Shown piece after piece: positions 46,360 through 56,443 of a stretch of 64,000 nucleotides of DNA. Under the pieces are notes generated by a model. That model did not search any database. It was not told where the DNA came from and saw only the letters and a program-made list of their open reading frames with translations. Source of the DNA: Wenzhouxiangellaceae bacterium. Lineage in GTDB: Bacteria; Pseudomonadota; Gammaproteobacteria; Xanthomonadales; Wenzhouxiangellaceae. The position numbers were made by a program, and so were the translations under genes. Each line of letters starts with the position of its first letter. Position 1 is the first letter of the stretch. Location of the stretch: NCBI GenBank assembly GCA_965222675.1, contig OZ244963.1:990617-1054616 (forward strand). The letters run 5' to 3'.

Positions 46360-47235
46360 TCAGTTACCGCGGGCCTGCTGCATGACTTCCGCAGCGAAGT
46401 CCGACTCTTCCTTCTCGATGCCTTCACCGACTTCGAGCCGGACCATGCCGACGACCCTGGCGCCCGCGCTCTCGAGCAGCTTGCCGACGGTCTGGTCGCC
46501 GTCCTTGACGAAGGGCTGTCCGACCAGCGTGATCTCCGCCAGGTGCTTGCGCAGGCGTCCGGCGATCATCTTCTCGATGATCTCGGCCGGCTTGCCGGAT
46601 TCCTCGGCCTGGGCCTTCAGGATGTTCTTCTCGCGCTCCAGCACTTCGGCCGGCACGGCGTCTTCATCGACGAAGGGAGGGTTCAGCGCCGCGACGTGCA
46701 TCGCGATGTCGCGAGCCAGCTCCTCGTCGCCGCCCTGCAGACCGACCAGCACGCCGATCCGGCCGCCGTGGATGTAGCGTCCGATCATGCCGCCGTCGAC
46801 TTCCATGTGCGCGGTGCGGCGCAGCTGGATGTTCTCGCCGAGCTTGGCGACCAGCTGCTGCCGGCGCGCCTCGACGGTCTCGCCGTCGGCGAACTCGGCT
46901 TCGCCGAGCGCCTTGACGTCTTCCGTGCCGGAGGCCAGGGCGATCTCGGCGACGCGGTTCGCGAAGCCGAGGAAGTTGTCGTCCTTGGCCACGAAGTCGG
47001 TCTCGCAGTTGATTTCGACCAGGACGGCCTTGCCGTCGCTGCCGGCGTCGACGACCGCGCCTTCGGCGGCCACTCGGCCGGCCTTCTTGTCGGCCTTGGC
47101 CAGGCCGCTCTTGCGCAGGTGCTCGATCGCGGCGTCCAGGTCGCCATCGGTTTCAACGAGTGCCTTCTTGCACTCCATCATGCCGGCGCCGGTGCGCTCG
47201 CGCAGTTCCTTGACCAGGGATGCGGTAATGCTCAT
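46360..47235 (-). CDS. tsf: Translation elongation factor Ts
   Basis: 291 aa. [24 protein letters not shown]. The ATG overlaps the rpsB stop. Confidence 0.95.
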   Translation of the reverse strand: MSITASLVKELRERTGAGMMECKKALVETDGDLDAAIEHLRKSGLAKADKKAGRVAAEGAVVDAGSDGKAVLVEINCETDFVAKDDNFLGFANRVAEIALASGTEDVKALGEAEFADGETVEARRQQLVAKLGENIQLRRTAHMEVDGGMIGRYIHGGRIGVLVGLQGGDEELARDIAMHVAALNPPFVDEDAVPAEVLEREKNILKAQAEESGKPAEIIEKMIAGRLRKHLAEITLVGQPFVKDGDQTVGKLLESAGARVVGMVRLEVGEGIEKEESDFAAEVMQQARGN

Positions 47236-48320
47236 GACTCGTCCTCGTCCTTGGATTTCGGGGCGTTCTTGGTCTTGGAGTCAGGGGTTTCCTCCGGCGG
47301 CGGTGCATCGGCCGTCTTCGGCTCCTGCGCTGCCGCGGCGGCCTGCTCCTCGACGGCCAGGGCCTCGTCGTCCTTGGCCGACTCGGCCTTCACCTGCCCT
47401 TCGGGCGTGCCCTCGGGCGCGGCCTCGGCATCGTCACCGGCCTTGGCCGCGGCCTTCTTGGCGGCTTTCTTGGCGGTCTTCTTCGCCACCTTCTTGGCGG
47501 TCTTCTTGGTGGTCTTCTTCGCGACCTTCTTGGCGGTCTTCTTCTTCGCGGCCTTCCGGGCCGGCTCGGCCGACTCGACCGGGTTGCCGTCCGCGTCCAG
47601 CTCGACGAATTCGTCCTTGTCGCCGGCGACCTGCGGGACCGAGGCCTTGCCTTCCAGCACGGCATCGGCGGCCAGCTGGGCGTACAGGCGGACCGAGCGG
47701 ATCGCGTCGTCGTTGCCCGGGATCACGTAGTCGACCAGTTCCGGGTTGTGGTTCGTGTCGACCACGGCGACGACCGGAATGCCCAGCTTGCGGGCTTCGG
47801 CGATCGCGATGTCCTCGTGACCGATGTCGATGACGAACATCGCATCGGGCAGGGCATCCATGTTCTTGATGCCGCCGAGGCTCTGCTCGAGCCGGTCGCG
47901 CTCACGGGTCAGCTCGAGCACTTCCTTCTTGACCAGCTTGTCGAAGCTGCCGTCGGTTTCCATCGCCTCGAGTTCCTTCAGGCGATTGATCGACTGGCGG
48001 ATCGTGCGGAAGTTGGTGAGCATGCCGCCGAGCCAGCGGTGTGACACGTAGGGCATGCCGCAGCGCGCGGCTTCTTCGGCGACCGCCTGGCCCGCGGCGC
48101 GCTTGGTGCCGACGAACATGATGGTGCCGCGCTTGCTGGCCATGCGGCTCAGGAAGTCCAGGGACTCCTTGAGCATCGGCAGCGTGCGTTCCAGGTTGAT
48201 GATGTGGATCTTGCCCCGGGCGCCGAAGATGTAGGGTTCCATCTTCGGGTTCCAGTAGCGGGTCTGATGTCCGAAATGGACGCCAGCTTCGAGCATCTGG
48301 CGCATGGTGACGTTGGGCAT
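47232..48320 (-). CDS. rpsB: 30S ribosomal protein S2 with ~115-aa Lys/Ala-rich plus acidic C-terminal extension
   Basis: Start at [27 protein letters not shown]. The canonical S2 body is followed by ...[44 protein letters not shown]... and an acidic tail. Confidence 0.92.
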   Translation of the reverse strand: MPNVTMRQMLEAGVHFGHQTRYWNPKMEPYIFGARGKIHIINLERTLPMLKESLDFLSRMASKRGTIMFVGTKRAAGQAVAEEAARCGMPYVSHRWLGGMLTNFRTIRQSINRLKELEAMETDGSFDKLVKKEVLELTRERDRLEQSLGGIKNMDALPDAMFVIDIGHEDIAIAEARKLGIPVVAVVDTNHNPELVDYVIPGNDDAIRSVRLYAQLAADAVLEGKASVPQVAGDKDEFVELDADGNPVESAEPARKAAKKKTAKKVAKKTTKKTAKKVAKKTAKKAAKKAAAKAGDDAEAAPEGTPEGQVKAESAKDDEALAVEEQAAAAAQEPKTADAPPPEETPDSKTKNAPKSKDEDES

Positions 48321-48759
48321 ATCGATTTCCTCGTTGTCCGGGCCGTCCCGCACGCTGCGGTGCGCTGGATCGTGCCCGTTCGGTTTAGGCCTCCGCAGTT
48401 CCCCATCCGACGACCGTCGGGCCCTGTTCAGAGCCGGGACGGCAACCCCGCCGGATGTGACGGAATGCGTGTGTAGTAGTTCGGGGCGGGCCCGGACGCC
48501 GCGGCTGCGGCGCGCGCGAGAGTGTTGCCCCGATTCTTCGTTCGCCGGCGAGCACCAGGGCCCGACAGCAAATCCGGTCGATTATAGCGTGGAAGCGAAG
48601 GTTCGGGCAAGATCGGCGATGATTTCCGGCGGCAACTTCCCGGGCGCCGCGGCGCGGCTGCGGCCGCTGGCCGGGCGGGGTGGATTAGAATGCGCCTCGC
48701 GGGCTTCGAGGGCCCGCGCACTCGTTCACGGTTCTCACCCCACCACCGCAGGAAGATCG

Positions 48760-50781
48760 ATGTCCGCCGACCCGACCCAGCACCGCCCGCCGCGCCGCCG
48801 CCTCGCCAACGCCATCCGCGCCCTGTCCATGGACGCGGTCCAGCGCGCCAGTTCGGGCCACCCGGGCATGCCGATGGGCATGGCCGACATCGCCGAGGTC
48901 CTCTATAACAATGTGCTGAAGCACAACCCGGGCAACCCCGGATGGTGGGACCGGGACCGCTTCGTGGTGTCCAACGGGCACGGCTCGATGCTGCTGTACT
49001 CGACCCTGCACCTGTCGGGCTACGACCTGTCGATCGACGACCTGAAGAACTTCCGCCAGCTCCATTCGCCGACCGCCGGGCACCCGGAGTACGGCGAGGC
49101 GCCGGGCATCGAGACCACCACGGGCCCGCTCGGCCAGGGGCTGGCCAATGCGGTCGGCATGGCCCTGGCCGAGAAGCTGCTGGCTGCGCGCTTCAACCGC
49201 GACGGCATGGACCTGGTCGATCACCACACCTGGGTGTTCACCGGCGACGGCTGCCTGATGGAGGGCGTGTCGCACGAGGTCTGCTCCCTGGCCGGCACCT
49301 GGAAGCTGGGCAAGCTGGTCGTGTTCTACGACGACAACGGCATCTCGATCGACGGCGAGACCGACGGCTGGTTCACGGACGACACGCCGGCGCGCTTCCG
49401 CGCCTACGGCTGGCAGGTGATCGAGGCGGTCGACGGGCACGACGCCGAGGCGATTTCGAAGGCCATCGACGAGGCGCGAAGCGACGACCAGCGCCCGACC
49501 CTGATCTGCTGCCGCACCACGATCGGCTTCGGCTCGCCGAACAAGCAGGGCACGGCGGCGACCCACGGTGCGCCGCTGGGCGACGAAGAAATCGCCGAGA
49601 CCCGCAAGGCGCTGGACTGGCCGCACGCGCCCTTCGAGATTCCCGACGACGTGCGCGAGGCCTGGGACGCGCGCGAACGGGGCCGGGCCCTGGAAGACGA
49701 ATGGAACCGGCTGTGGGATCGGTACCGCGAAGCGCATCCCGAGGCCGCCGAGGAGTTCGAGCGCCGCATGCGCGGTGAACTGCCCGCCGACTTCGACGCC
49801 CAGGCCCAGCGCATCATCGAGGAAATGCAGGCCGACGACGGCACGGTGGCCACCCGCAAGGCCTCGGGCAAGGCCCTAGATGCATTCGGTCCCCTGCTGC
49901 CCGAGCTGCTCGGCGGCTCGGCGGACCTGACCGGTTCGAACAATACCGACTGGTCGGGCAGCGTCGACATCCTCGACCGTCCGGCGGACGGCAACTACAT
50001 CTACTACGGCGTGCGCGAGTTCGGCATGACCGCGATCGCCAGCGGGCTGCACCTGCACGGCGGGTTCATTCCCTATACGGGCACCTTCCTGGTGTTTTCC
50101 GACTACGCGCGCAACGCGGTGCGGATGTCGGCGCTGATCCCGACCGGGGCGATCCACGTCTACACCCATGATTCCATTGGCCTGGGCGAGGACGGCCCGA
50201 CCCACCAGCCGGTCGAGCACGTGGCCAGCCTGCGGATGATTCCGGGGCTGGAGGTCTGGCGCCCGTGCGACAAGGCCGAGACCGCGGTGGCCTGGCGCGA
50301 AGCGCTGGTCCGGCGCAAGCGCCCGACCGCGCTGGTGCTCACGCGCCAGGGCCTGGCCCACCAGCCGCGCGATGGCGAGCAGCTGGCCGCGATCGGCAAG
50401 GGCGGCTACGTGCTGCGTGATGGCGACCGGGCGCCCGATGCCGTGGTCATCGCGACGGGCTCGGAAGTCGGCATTTCCGTCGAGGCCGCCGACGCCCTGG
50501 CCGCCGACGGGATCGCGGTGCGCGTGGTCTCGATGCCGCTGCCCGAGCGCTTCCTGGCCCAGCCCGACGACTGGCGCGAGAAGGTGCTGCCGGCCGGCGT
50601 GCCGCGGCTCGCGGTCGAGGCCGGGGTCAGCGCCTACTGGCGCGGCCTGGTCGGCGATCGCGGCCGGGTCGTCGGCATCGATGGCTTCGGCGCCTCGGCG
50701 CCGGCCGGCGACCTGTTCCGCCATTTCGACCTCACGGCCGACCGCATCGTGCGCGAAGTCCGGGAAATGCTCGGGCGCTGA
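48760..50781 (+). CDS. tkt: Transketolase
   Basis: Start at [52 protein letters not shown], and [16 protein letters not shown] (TPP/pyrimidine-binding) motifs. The track extension to 48304 is rejected. Confidence 0.93.
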   Translation: MSADPTQHRPPRRRLANAIRALSMDAVQRASSGHPGMPMGMADIAEVLYNNVLKHNPGNPGWWDRDRFVVSNGHGSMLLYSTLHLSGYDLSIDDLKNFRQLHSPTAGHPEYGEAPGIETTTGPLGQGLANAVGMALAEKLLAARFNRDGMDLVDHHTWVFTGDGCLMEGVSHEVCSLAGTWKLGKLVVFYDDNGISIDGETDGWFTDDTPARFRAYGWQVIEAVDGHDAEAISKAIDEARSDDQRPTLICCRTTIGFGSPNKQGTAATHGAPLGDEEIAETRKALDWPHAPFEIPDDVREAWDARERGRALEDEWNRLWDRYREAHPEAAEEFERRMRGELPADFDAQAQRIIEEMQADDGTVATRKASGKALDAFGPLLPELLGGSADLTGSNNTDWSGSVDILDRPADGNYIYYGVREFGMTAIASGLHLHGGFIPYTGTFLVFSDYARNAVRMSALIPTGAIHVYTHDSIGLGEDGPTHQPVEHVASLRMIPGLEVWRPCDKAETAVAWREALVRRKRPTALVLTRQGLAHQPRDGEQLAAIGKGGYVLRDGDRAPDAVVIATGSEVGISVEAADALAADGIAVRVVSMPLPERFLAQPDDWREKVLPAGVPRLAVEAGVSAYWRGLVGDRGRVVGIDGFGASAPAGDLFRHFDLTADRIVREVREMLGR

Positions 50782-51136
50782 TTGCCGACGGGTCGCGGCT
50801 TGATTTCGGGCTGATGTCGGACTGATTGCGGACTGATTGCGGACTGATCGGGCGTTGCCTGGTGGGTGCGCGCTTGTCGACGGGTCATTGCCCGGACGCT
50901 GCGCGGCCGGTTCCGGGGTCGTTTCCGGCGCCGGCCCCGCGCGAGAAAAGGATTGCGGAAATCGCTTGTGGTTCAGTGGTTTGCGTCCGCAATGGAGGGT
51001 TTTTCGCGCTCCGAACTCGGCCTTAACGAAACCTTTTCATTCCCAAGCAACAGTGCTAGTATCGAATCTGGACCTACCCAGGCCGTCCCGACTCGCGAGT
51101 CGAGGGGCGGCTTCGGTGCAGTCCATCGACATGCCG

Positions 51137-51152
51137 TCGATACTAGTATCGA
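51137..51152. promoter_or_regulatory. Perfect 16-bp AT-rich palindrome upstream of a TonB-dependent receptor gene (candidate operator)
   Basis: tcgatactagtatcga is its own reverse complement and ends 34 nt upstream of the ATG at 51187. A related half-site, ctagtatcgaa, lies at 51056-51066. Confidence 0.4.
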
Positions 51153-51186
51153 AAGCGATAAATCAAGACAAAATGGAGAGTCTTAA

Positions 51187-53838
51187 ATGAAAGACATTCG
51201 TAATCCACTTGCTGCGGCAATCCACTACGCGCTGGGCGCGGGCGTGGTTGCCGGCCTGGCAGCAACGGCCGCCCCGGCCTTTGCCCAGGACGACGAAGCA
51301 GCAGACCTCGATCGCGTCGAGGTGACGGGTTCGCGCATCAAGCGCACCGACATCGAAGGCGCGCTCCCGGTCACGGTCATCGACCGCGAGCAGATCGAGT
51401 TCTCCGGCAAGACTTCGGTCGCCGACCTGCTCCGCGACACCCCGTTCAACAGTGCCGGTTCGTTCCGCCCGCAGTCCGGTTCCTCCGCCCAGTCGTTCGC
51501 CGGCGTTTCGCTGCGCGCCCTGGGTGAAGGCCGTACGCTGGTGCTGATCGACGGCAAGCGTGCTCCGGTCGCACCGAACGTCGGTTCGGCGCAGGACCTG
51601 AACTCCATCCCGCTGGCGGCTGTCGAGCGCATCGAAATCCTGTCCGACGGTGCTTCGGCCGTGTACGGTTCCGACGCCATCGGCGGTGTGATCAACATCA
51701 TCACCCGCAAGGACTTCACCGGCGTCGAGCTGACGGTCGGTACGTCCGATCCGAAGCGTGATGGCGGAGATCGCGACCAGGCCTCGGCGATCTTCGGCAT
51801 CTCCGGCGACCGCGGCCAGATCATGGTCGGCGTGTCCTACGACGAGCGCGAAATCATCTTCGCTGCCGACCGTCCGTGGTCGCAGGGTGGTGCGTCGATC
51901 TTCTCGAACAACTTCCTGACCTCCGGCTTCAGCTTCCTGACGGGCCATGGCCCGAACGGCGGCCCGGGCAACGTGGCAGGCTGCACCGGCCCGGGCTTCA
52001 GCCTGACCAGCAGCGGCCTCTGCGCCTACGACTTCACGCTGGTCTCGGCTGATGAAGCCGCGACCCGCAACGAGTCGCTGTTCACGCGTTCGCGCTACGA
52101 CATCAACTCCGACTGGTCGCTGTTCATGAACGCCCAGGTCAACCGGGTGAAGTCCTTCGGCCGCTACGCGCCGGTTCCGTCTTCGCCGTGGCTGGTCGGT
52201 GGCTTCGGTGCCATCGTCCTCGAGCCGGGCACCCCGAACCATCCGGCGACCCCGCCGGGTGCCGGCGGCCAGAACCCGCTGTGGGAAACCTACCAGGGCG
52301 TCGCGGACGACATCCTGCTGCTGACCCACCGCTTCGCCGCCAACGGCCCGCGTGACACCTCGACCGACGCTCAGCTGTACGACGTCGACCTGGGTGTGCA
52401 GGGTCGCATCGGCAACTTCGACGTCGAGTTCGGCGCACGCCGGGTCGAGTCGCAGTACACCGAAATCGGTCGCAACTACATCGTGTCCGCGCTGGCGCAG
52501 CCGCAGATCACCAGCGGTGCGTACAACATCTACGATCCGTTCAACGTGCCGCAGGACATCCTGCAGTCGTTCACGTCGACGATCGGTCGTGACGCGAACT
52601 ACCTGTCCAAGGACTTCTACGCCAACGCCAGCACCGACCTGTTCGACCTGCCGGCCGGCCCGGTCGGCGTCGCCTTCGGTGCCGAGTACCGCGAAGAAGA
52701 CTACAAGGACATCTACGACGACCTGCAGGCCAACGGCAACATCACCGGTTCGGCGGGCAACTCCGCGTCCGGCGGCCGTGACATCACCGCGTTCTTCGGT
52801 GAGGTCCTGGTCCCGGTCCTGGACAACCTGGAAATCTCGGGCGCCCTGCGCTACGACGATTACTCCGACTTCGGGGATGCAACCTCGCCGAAGCTGGCCG
52901 TCCGCTTCCAGCCGCTGGAGCAGCTGACGCTGCGTGCGTCCTGGGGTGAGGGCTTCCGCGCTCCGACCCTGGACATCCTGTCGGCCCGTCCGTCGTTCTC
53001 CGCTGACGGCGTCATCGATCCGCCGACCGCCGCTGCCTTCGGCGTTCCGGCTACCCAGTCGGTCCAGATCACCGGTTTCGTGATCGCCAACCCGGACCTG
53101 GATGCCGAGAAGTCTGAGCAGTTCAACGTCGGTGCGGCCTTCGAGCCGTTCGACTGGCTGTCGGGTTCCGTGGACTGGTGGAAGATCGAGATCGAAGACC
53201 GCGTCGCGGCCATCGGTGCTCAGCAGATCATCAACTGCCTGAACGGCACGTCGCAGAACTGCCCGCCGGGGCTGGCCAACCTGCCGGCCGGCGCTTCTCC
53301 GCCGGACGAAAGCCTGGGCCTGGGTGTCGCACGTAACCCGGACACCGGACAGATCCTCTACCTGCAGCGCGGTTTCGCGTCGCTGGGTACGGTCGACACG
53401 GAAGGCTTCGACGTGAACCTCCGCGGTAACTGGAACTTCGGTGACATGGGCAGCCTGCGCGTCGACGCACAGGGCACCTACGTCGGCGTCTACGAGACCG
53501 ATGCAGGCGCCAACGTCGCCGGCGACAACGGTCTGCCGCGCTGGCGCGCCACGCTGAACACCGAGTACCGGATCGGCGACTTCGCGTTCGCTTGGGTCAT
53601 GAACTACATCGATGACCAGAACGACTCGCTGGACAACACCGGCCCGCTGCCGTCGTGGACCACCCATGACCTGCAGGCCAACTGGTACACGCCGTGGAAC
53701 GGCCAGGTCACCGTTGGTGTCGACAACGTCGCCAACAAGGATCCGGTCCTCGACAACGGTGAGTCCCGCGGCTTCAACTTCAGCCTGTACGACGGCTACG
53801 GCCGTATCCCGTACGTCCGCTACAAGCAGAACTTCTAA
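51187..53838 (+). CDS. TonB-dependent outer-membrane receptor
   Basis: 883 aa. Signal peptide (AGLAATAAPAFAQD), plug motifs (DRVEVTGSRIKR, IEILSDGASAVYGSDAIGGVINIITR), a large barrel and a terminal ..RYKQNF. A strong terminator lies downstream. Confidence 0.9.
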   Translation: MKDIRNPLAAAIHYALGAGVVAGLAATAAPAFAQDDEAADLDRVEVTGSRIKRTDIEGALPVTVIDREQIEFSGKTSVADLLRDTPFNSAGSFRPQSGSSAQSFAGVSLRALGEGRTLVLIDGKRAPVAPNVGSAQDLNSIPLAAVERIEILSDGASAVYGSDAIGGVINIITRKDFTGVELTVGTSDPKRDGGDRDQASAIFGISGDRGQIMVGVSYDEREIIFAADRPWSQGGASIFSNNFLTSGFSFLTGHGPNGGPGNVAGCTGPGFSLTSSGLCAYDFTLVSADEAATRNESLFTRSRYDINSDWSLFMNAQVNRVKSFGRYAPVPSSPWLVGGFGAIVLEPGTPNHPATPPGAGGQNPLWETYQGVADDILLLTHRFAANGPRDTSTDAQLYDVDLGVQGRIGNFDVEFGARRVESQYTEIGRNYIVSALAQPQITSGAYNIYDPFNVPQDILQSFTSTIGRDANYLSKDFYANASTDLFDLPAGPVGVAFGAEYREEDYKDIYDDLQANGNITGSAGNSASGGRDITAFFGEVLVPVLDNLEISGALRYDDYSDFGDATSPKLAVRFQPLEQLTLRASWGEGFRAPTLDILSARPSFSADGVIDPPTAAAFGVPATQSVQITGFVIANPDLDAEKSEQFNVGAAFEPFDWLSGSVDWWKIEIEDRVAAIGAQQIINCLNGTSQNCPPGLANLPAGASPPDESLGLGVARNPDTGQILYLQRGFASLGTVDTEGFDVNLRGNWNFGDMGSLRVDAQGTYVGVYETDAGANVAGDNGLPRWRATLNTEYRIGDFAFAWVMNYIDDQNDSLDNTGPLPSWTTHDLQANWYTPWNGQVTVGVDNVANKDPVLDNGESRGFNFSLYDGYGRIPYVRYKQNF

Positions 53839-53887
53839 GTTCTCTTGTCGGCCGAACCTTCGGGTTCTGGCTTGAAGCAGCAACACG

Positions 53888-53920
53888 AAACGGCCCGGCC
53901 TTCCGGGCCGTTTCTTTTTT
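53888..53920 (+). terminator. Rho-independent terminator
   Basis: aaacggcccgg cctt ccgggccgttt: an 11-bp stem followed by a T-rich tract (cttttttgg). Confidence 0.85.
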
Positions 53921-54134
53921 GGCGCCCCCCAACTGAACTTCGACGCCGTTGGCTGTGGGAGGCCGGCTTCGCCGGGCGAGCGCGCCCCGATCCACCGTGT
54001 CCTGTCGCTGACCGAACACGCCTGATCATAGCGACCCTGCCAGTGGGCCTGAGCTCGCCAGCGAACCGTGCCGTTGGCAGGAAGCACTGCATGCGGACTG
54101 CTATCATCCGTCGACGCCCGACGGTCGTGACACG

Positions 54135-55130
54135 ATGGCACCTCCCACTCCCCCGGATTCCCGGCCCCTGCGGCAACGCGCCTGGTCCAGGTACTGGTCC
54201 AGCGGCGCGCTGACGTCGCTGCCCGAGGACTTCCGCGCCAACTACGACGGCGAAATCCGTGATTTCTGGCGCGCGCGCTGTACCGACCTGGCCGAAGGCG
54301 CGGCGGTGCTCGACGTGTGCACCGGCAACGGCGCGATCGCGCTGCTGCTGGCCGAAGCGCTATCCGATCGCGGCGTCGATGCACGGATCAGCGCGATCGA
54401 CCAGGCCGAGATCCGGCCCGAGCTGGTTCGGCAGCGGTTCCCGGCGCTGGGTCGCCATGTGGACTCGATCCGCTTCGTCGGCGGCCGTGAGTTCGAACAG
54501 GCGGAGCTGGACGACGTGTTCGACGACGCCAGCCAGGACCTGATCGCCAGCCAGTACGGCATCGAGTACTGCGAACCGGAGGCGGCGGCGCGCCAGTGCG
54601 CGCGGCTCCTTGCACCGGGCGGGCGGCTGGCCCTGCTCACCCACGCGACCGACAGCGCGATGCGAGCCACGATGCAGCAGGAGCTGGAGCAGTACGAAAT
54701 GCTGGCCGACCGCGGCCTGTTCCAGCGCGCCCGGGACTGGCAAGCAGGCGCGCTGGATTGCGATGGTTTTATCCGGTCGCTGGGCGAGGTCGACGTCGCA
54801 GTTCGTCGTCGTGCCGGCGCCGCGGCGTCGCCGCTGTTCGGCTACGTACTGGGCCTGACCGGCCAGGTCGGCCGCTGGACGGCTGGCCAGCTGCAGGCAC
54901 AGCGCGCTGCGGTCATCGACGCCGTCGAACAGCTCGAGGACGGCCGCTCCCGCCTCGACCAGATGCTCGGCGTTCACCGCCTGCTCGCATCACCCGGGCA
55001 GTTCGCCGGCTACTTCGAGCAGGCCGGCCTGGTGCTGGACGAAGACGGCCCACTGACCTATCGCGGCACCCACGCCGTGGGGCATCGATTCCTGTTCTCG
55101 AAGCCCGTGGACGACGACCCCGGAAAGTGA
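54135..55130 (+). CDS. Class I SAM-dependent methyltransferase
   Basis: 331 aa. Motif I VLDVCTGNGAIALLLAE and post-I/II-like segments (LIASQYGIEY, LLAPGGRLALL). The substrate is unknown. Confidence 0.65.
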   Translation: MAPPTPPDSRPLRQRAWSRYWSSGALTSLPEDFRANYDGEIRDFWRARCTDLAEGAAVLDVCTGNGAIALLLAEALSDRGVDARISAIDQAEIRPELVRQRFPALGRHVDSIRFVGGREFEQAELDDVFDDASQDLIASQYGIEYCEPEAAARQCARLLAPGGRLALLTHATDSAMRATMQQELEQYEMLADRGLFQRARDWQAGALDCDGFIRSLGEVDVAVRRRAGAAASPLFGYVLGLTGQVGRWTAGQLQAQRAAVIDAVEQLEDGRSRLDQMLGVHRLLASPGQFAGYFEQAGLVLDEDGPLTYRGTHAVGHRFLFSKPVDDDPGK

Positions 55131-55227
55131 TCGAGCGGCCTGACTGTCCGCGCGTTTGCACACCGGCGATCGACCGAAGGGACCACCATCGAGAGGCCAC
55201 CCTCCGGCGAAGGGTGTAGAAATTCCT

Positions 55228-55305
55228 CCTGTGGGAGCGGGCCCTGCCCGCGAAGATTCCGGGTGCCCGGCCCGCCCGATCGCCTGCGGGGCAGGCTCCC
55301 ACAGG
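55228..55305. repeat. REP-like palindromic element
   Basis: cctgtgggagcgggccctgcccgcgaag ... cgcctgcggggcaggctcccacagg. The terminal arms cctgtgggagc / gctcccacagg are complementary, the same GTGGGAGC-type core as REP elements recalled from Pseudomonas. Confidence 0.75.
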
Positions 55306-55437
55306 GCGTACGAAAAAAGTTGGATTCGCGCGCAGGCGCTCTTGTCTAATCGGTCGCTGGTTTTTCCGAGTCCCGGGACTTCGGCCTCCGGGTTTCCTGT
55401 TGGCGACCGGTTGCGGGCGGTAGTGGAAAGGCTCTTT

Positions 55438-55508
55438 CTGTGGGAGCGGGCCTTGCCCGCGAAGCCGGTTTCCGGCCGCTCGTTCGCCTGCAGAGCAGGC
55501 TCCCACAG
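55438..55508. repeat. REP-like palindromic element (second copy)
   Basis: ctgtgggagcgggccttgcccgcgaag ... cgcctgcagagcaggctcccacag. A further half-copy-like segment follows (gccggcagagccggctcgcacgg, about 55527-55551). Confidence 0.75.
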
Positions 55509-55632
55509 GCCCGAGGATCCCCCAACCGCCGGCAGAGCCGGCTCGCACGGCCCCCGGGGTCGGACCCCTGGACCCCTGTTGAAAACCGCTTGCGGGCGAA
55601 GGGAGGCCAGGTTCCCCGCGGGCGGACCGACC

Positions 55633-56355
55633 TCAGGGCCGCGGCACCTGCGCGGGCTGTGCGCCGGCGAGCTTGAAGCGGGCGTTGAACGCGACGGTGA
55701 TGCGCTGCGTGTCGCCGTCGTACGGCATCACTTCGTGCAGCAGCCACGAGGGGAACAGGACCAGCTGGCCCGGGACCAGGCGATCCTTCCGCATCGAATA
55801 GCTGTAGGGCATCTTCAGGTTGGCGACCGCCATGTCGGTGTAGGTGGTCGCCATCGACAGCGGGTTGATGAAGGTCAGCTTGCCGCTGTCGGTGTCCGGA
55901 TCGTCGCCGTCGTGCTGGACGCAGTACACGCCCGACCAGGAATGCAGCGGGTGGTTGTGGGCGCCGAAGTAGCCACCCTTCTTCGCGGTGTGGAACCAGG
56001 ACTCGGTGGCGATGTGCAGCCGCTGGAGCATGGCCGTGTCGTAGCCGTTGAGTTCGCCGATGGCGCGGTAGAGGCTTCGCAGGCAGAACTCGCGCAGCTT
56101 CTGCACGCAGGCCTGGGGCCAGTCGAACAGCGTGAAGTTGCTCTCGTAGAGTTCCTTGTTCCGGGCGACGAAGGGTTCGGGGTTGGCGTAGGTGTCGCCC
56201 TGGGCCTCGACCGACGCGAACAGTGACGTCAGTTCCCGGTTCAGGGGCTCCGGGTCGGGCAGGTGGCAGATCACCAGCGGCACGGCGAAGGTCGGTACGA
56301 CCTGGAACTCGGGGCGGTCGCCCTGGGCGGGAGCGGCGTGGGGGGTATCGGACAT
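55633..56355 (-). CDS. Putative 2OG-Fe(II) oxygenase-family protein (TIGR02466-like)
   Basis: The body (VVPTFAVPLVICHLPD..., GGYFGAHNHPLHSWSGVYCV..., LVLFPSWLLHEV...RITVAFN) shows an HxH...H-type cupin/2OG pattern. Start chosen at MSDTPH (56355) to leave an intergenic region before the divergent kinase gene. Confidence 0.6.
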   Translation of the reverse strand: MSDTPHAAPAQGDRPEFQVVPTFAVPLVICHLPDPEPLNRELTSLFASVEAQGDTYANPEPFVARNKELYESNFTLFDWPQACVQKLREFCLRSLYRAIGELNGYDTAMLQRLHIATESWFHTAKKGGYFGAHNHPLHSWSGVYCVQHDGDDPDTDSGKLTFINPLSMATTYTDMAVANLKMPYSYSMRKDRLVPGQLVLFPSWLLHEVMPYDGDTQRITVAFNARFKLAGAQPAQVPRP

Positions 56356-56443
56356 GGGCGGCGGCTCGGCGCTGGCACCGTCGAAGCCTGGATCGATCGG
56401 GCTCGATCCGGTATTCTCGGCGCTGGCGTTGGGATTGAATTTC

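Noticed and set aside
50818-50850. Short tandem repeat ggactgattgc x3 downstream of tkt
   Set aside because: It is only three imperfect copies with no dyad symmetry and no obvious terminator or binding-site character. It is probably slippage noise.
51163-54384. 1073-aa minus-strand ORF across the second TonB-dependent receptor
   Set aside because: It is antisense to a receptor gene that has clear plug/barrel motifs and a terminator. Its composition is Arg/Gly/Val/Asp-rich junk.
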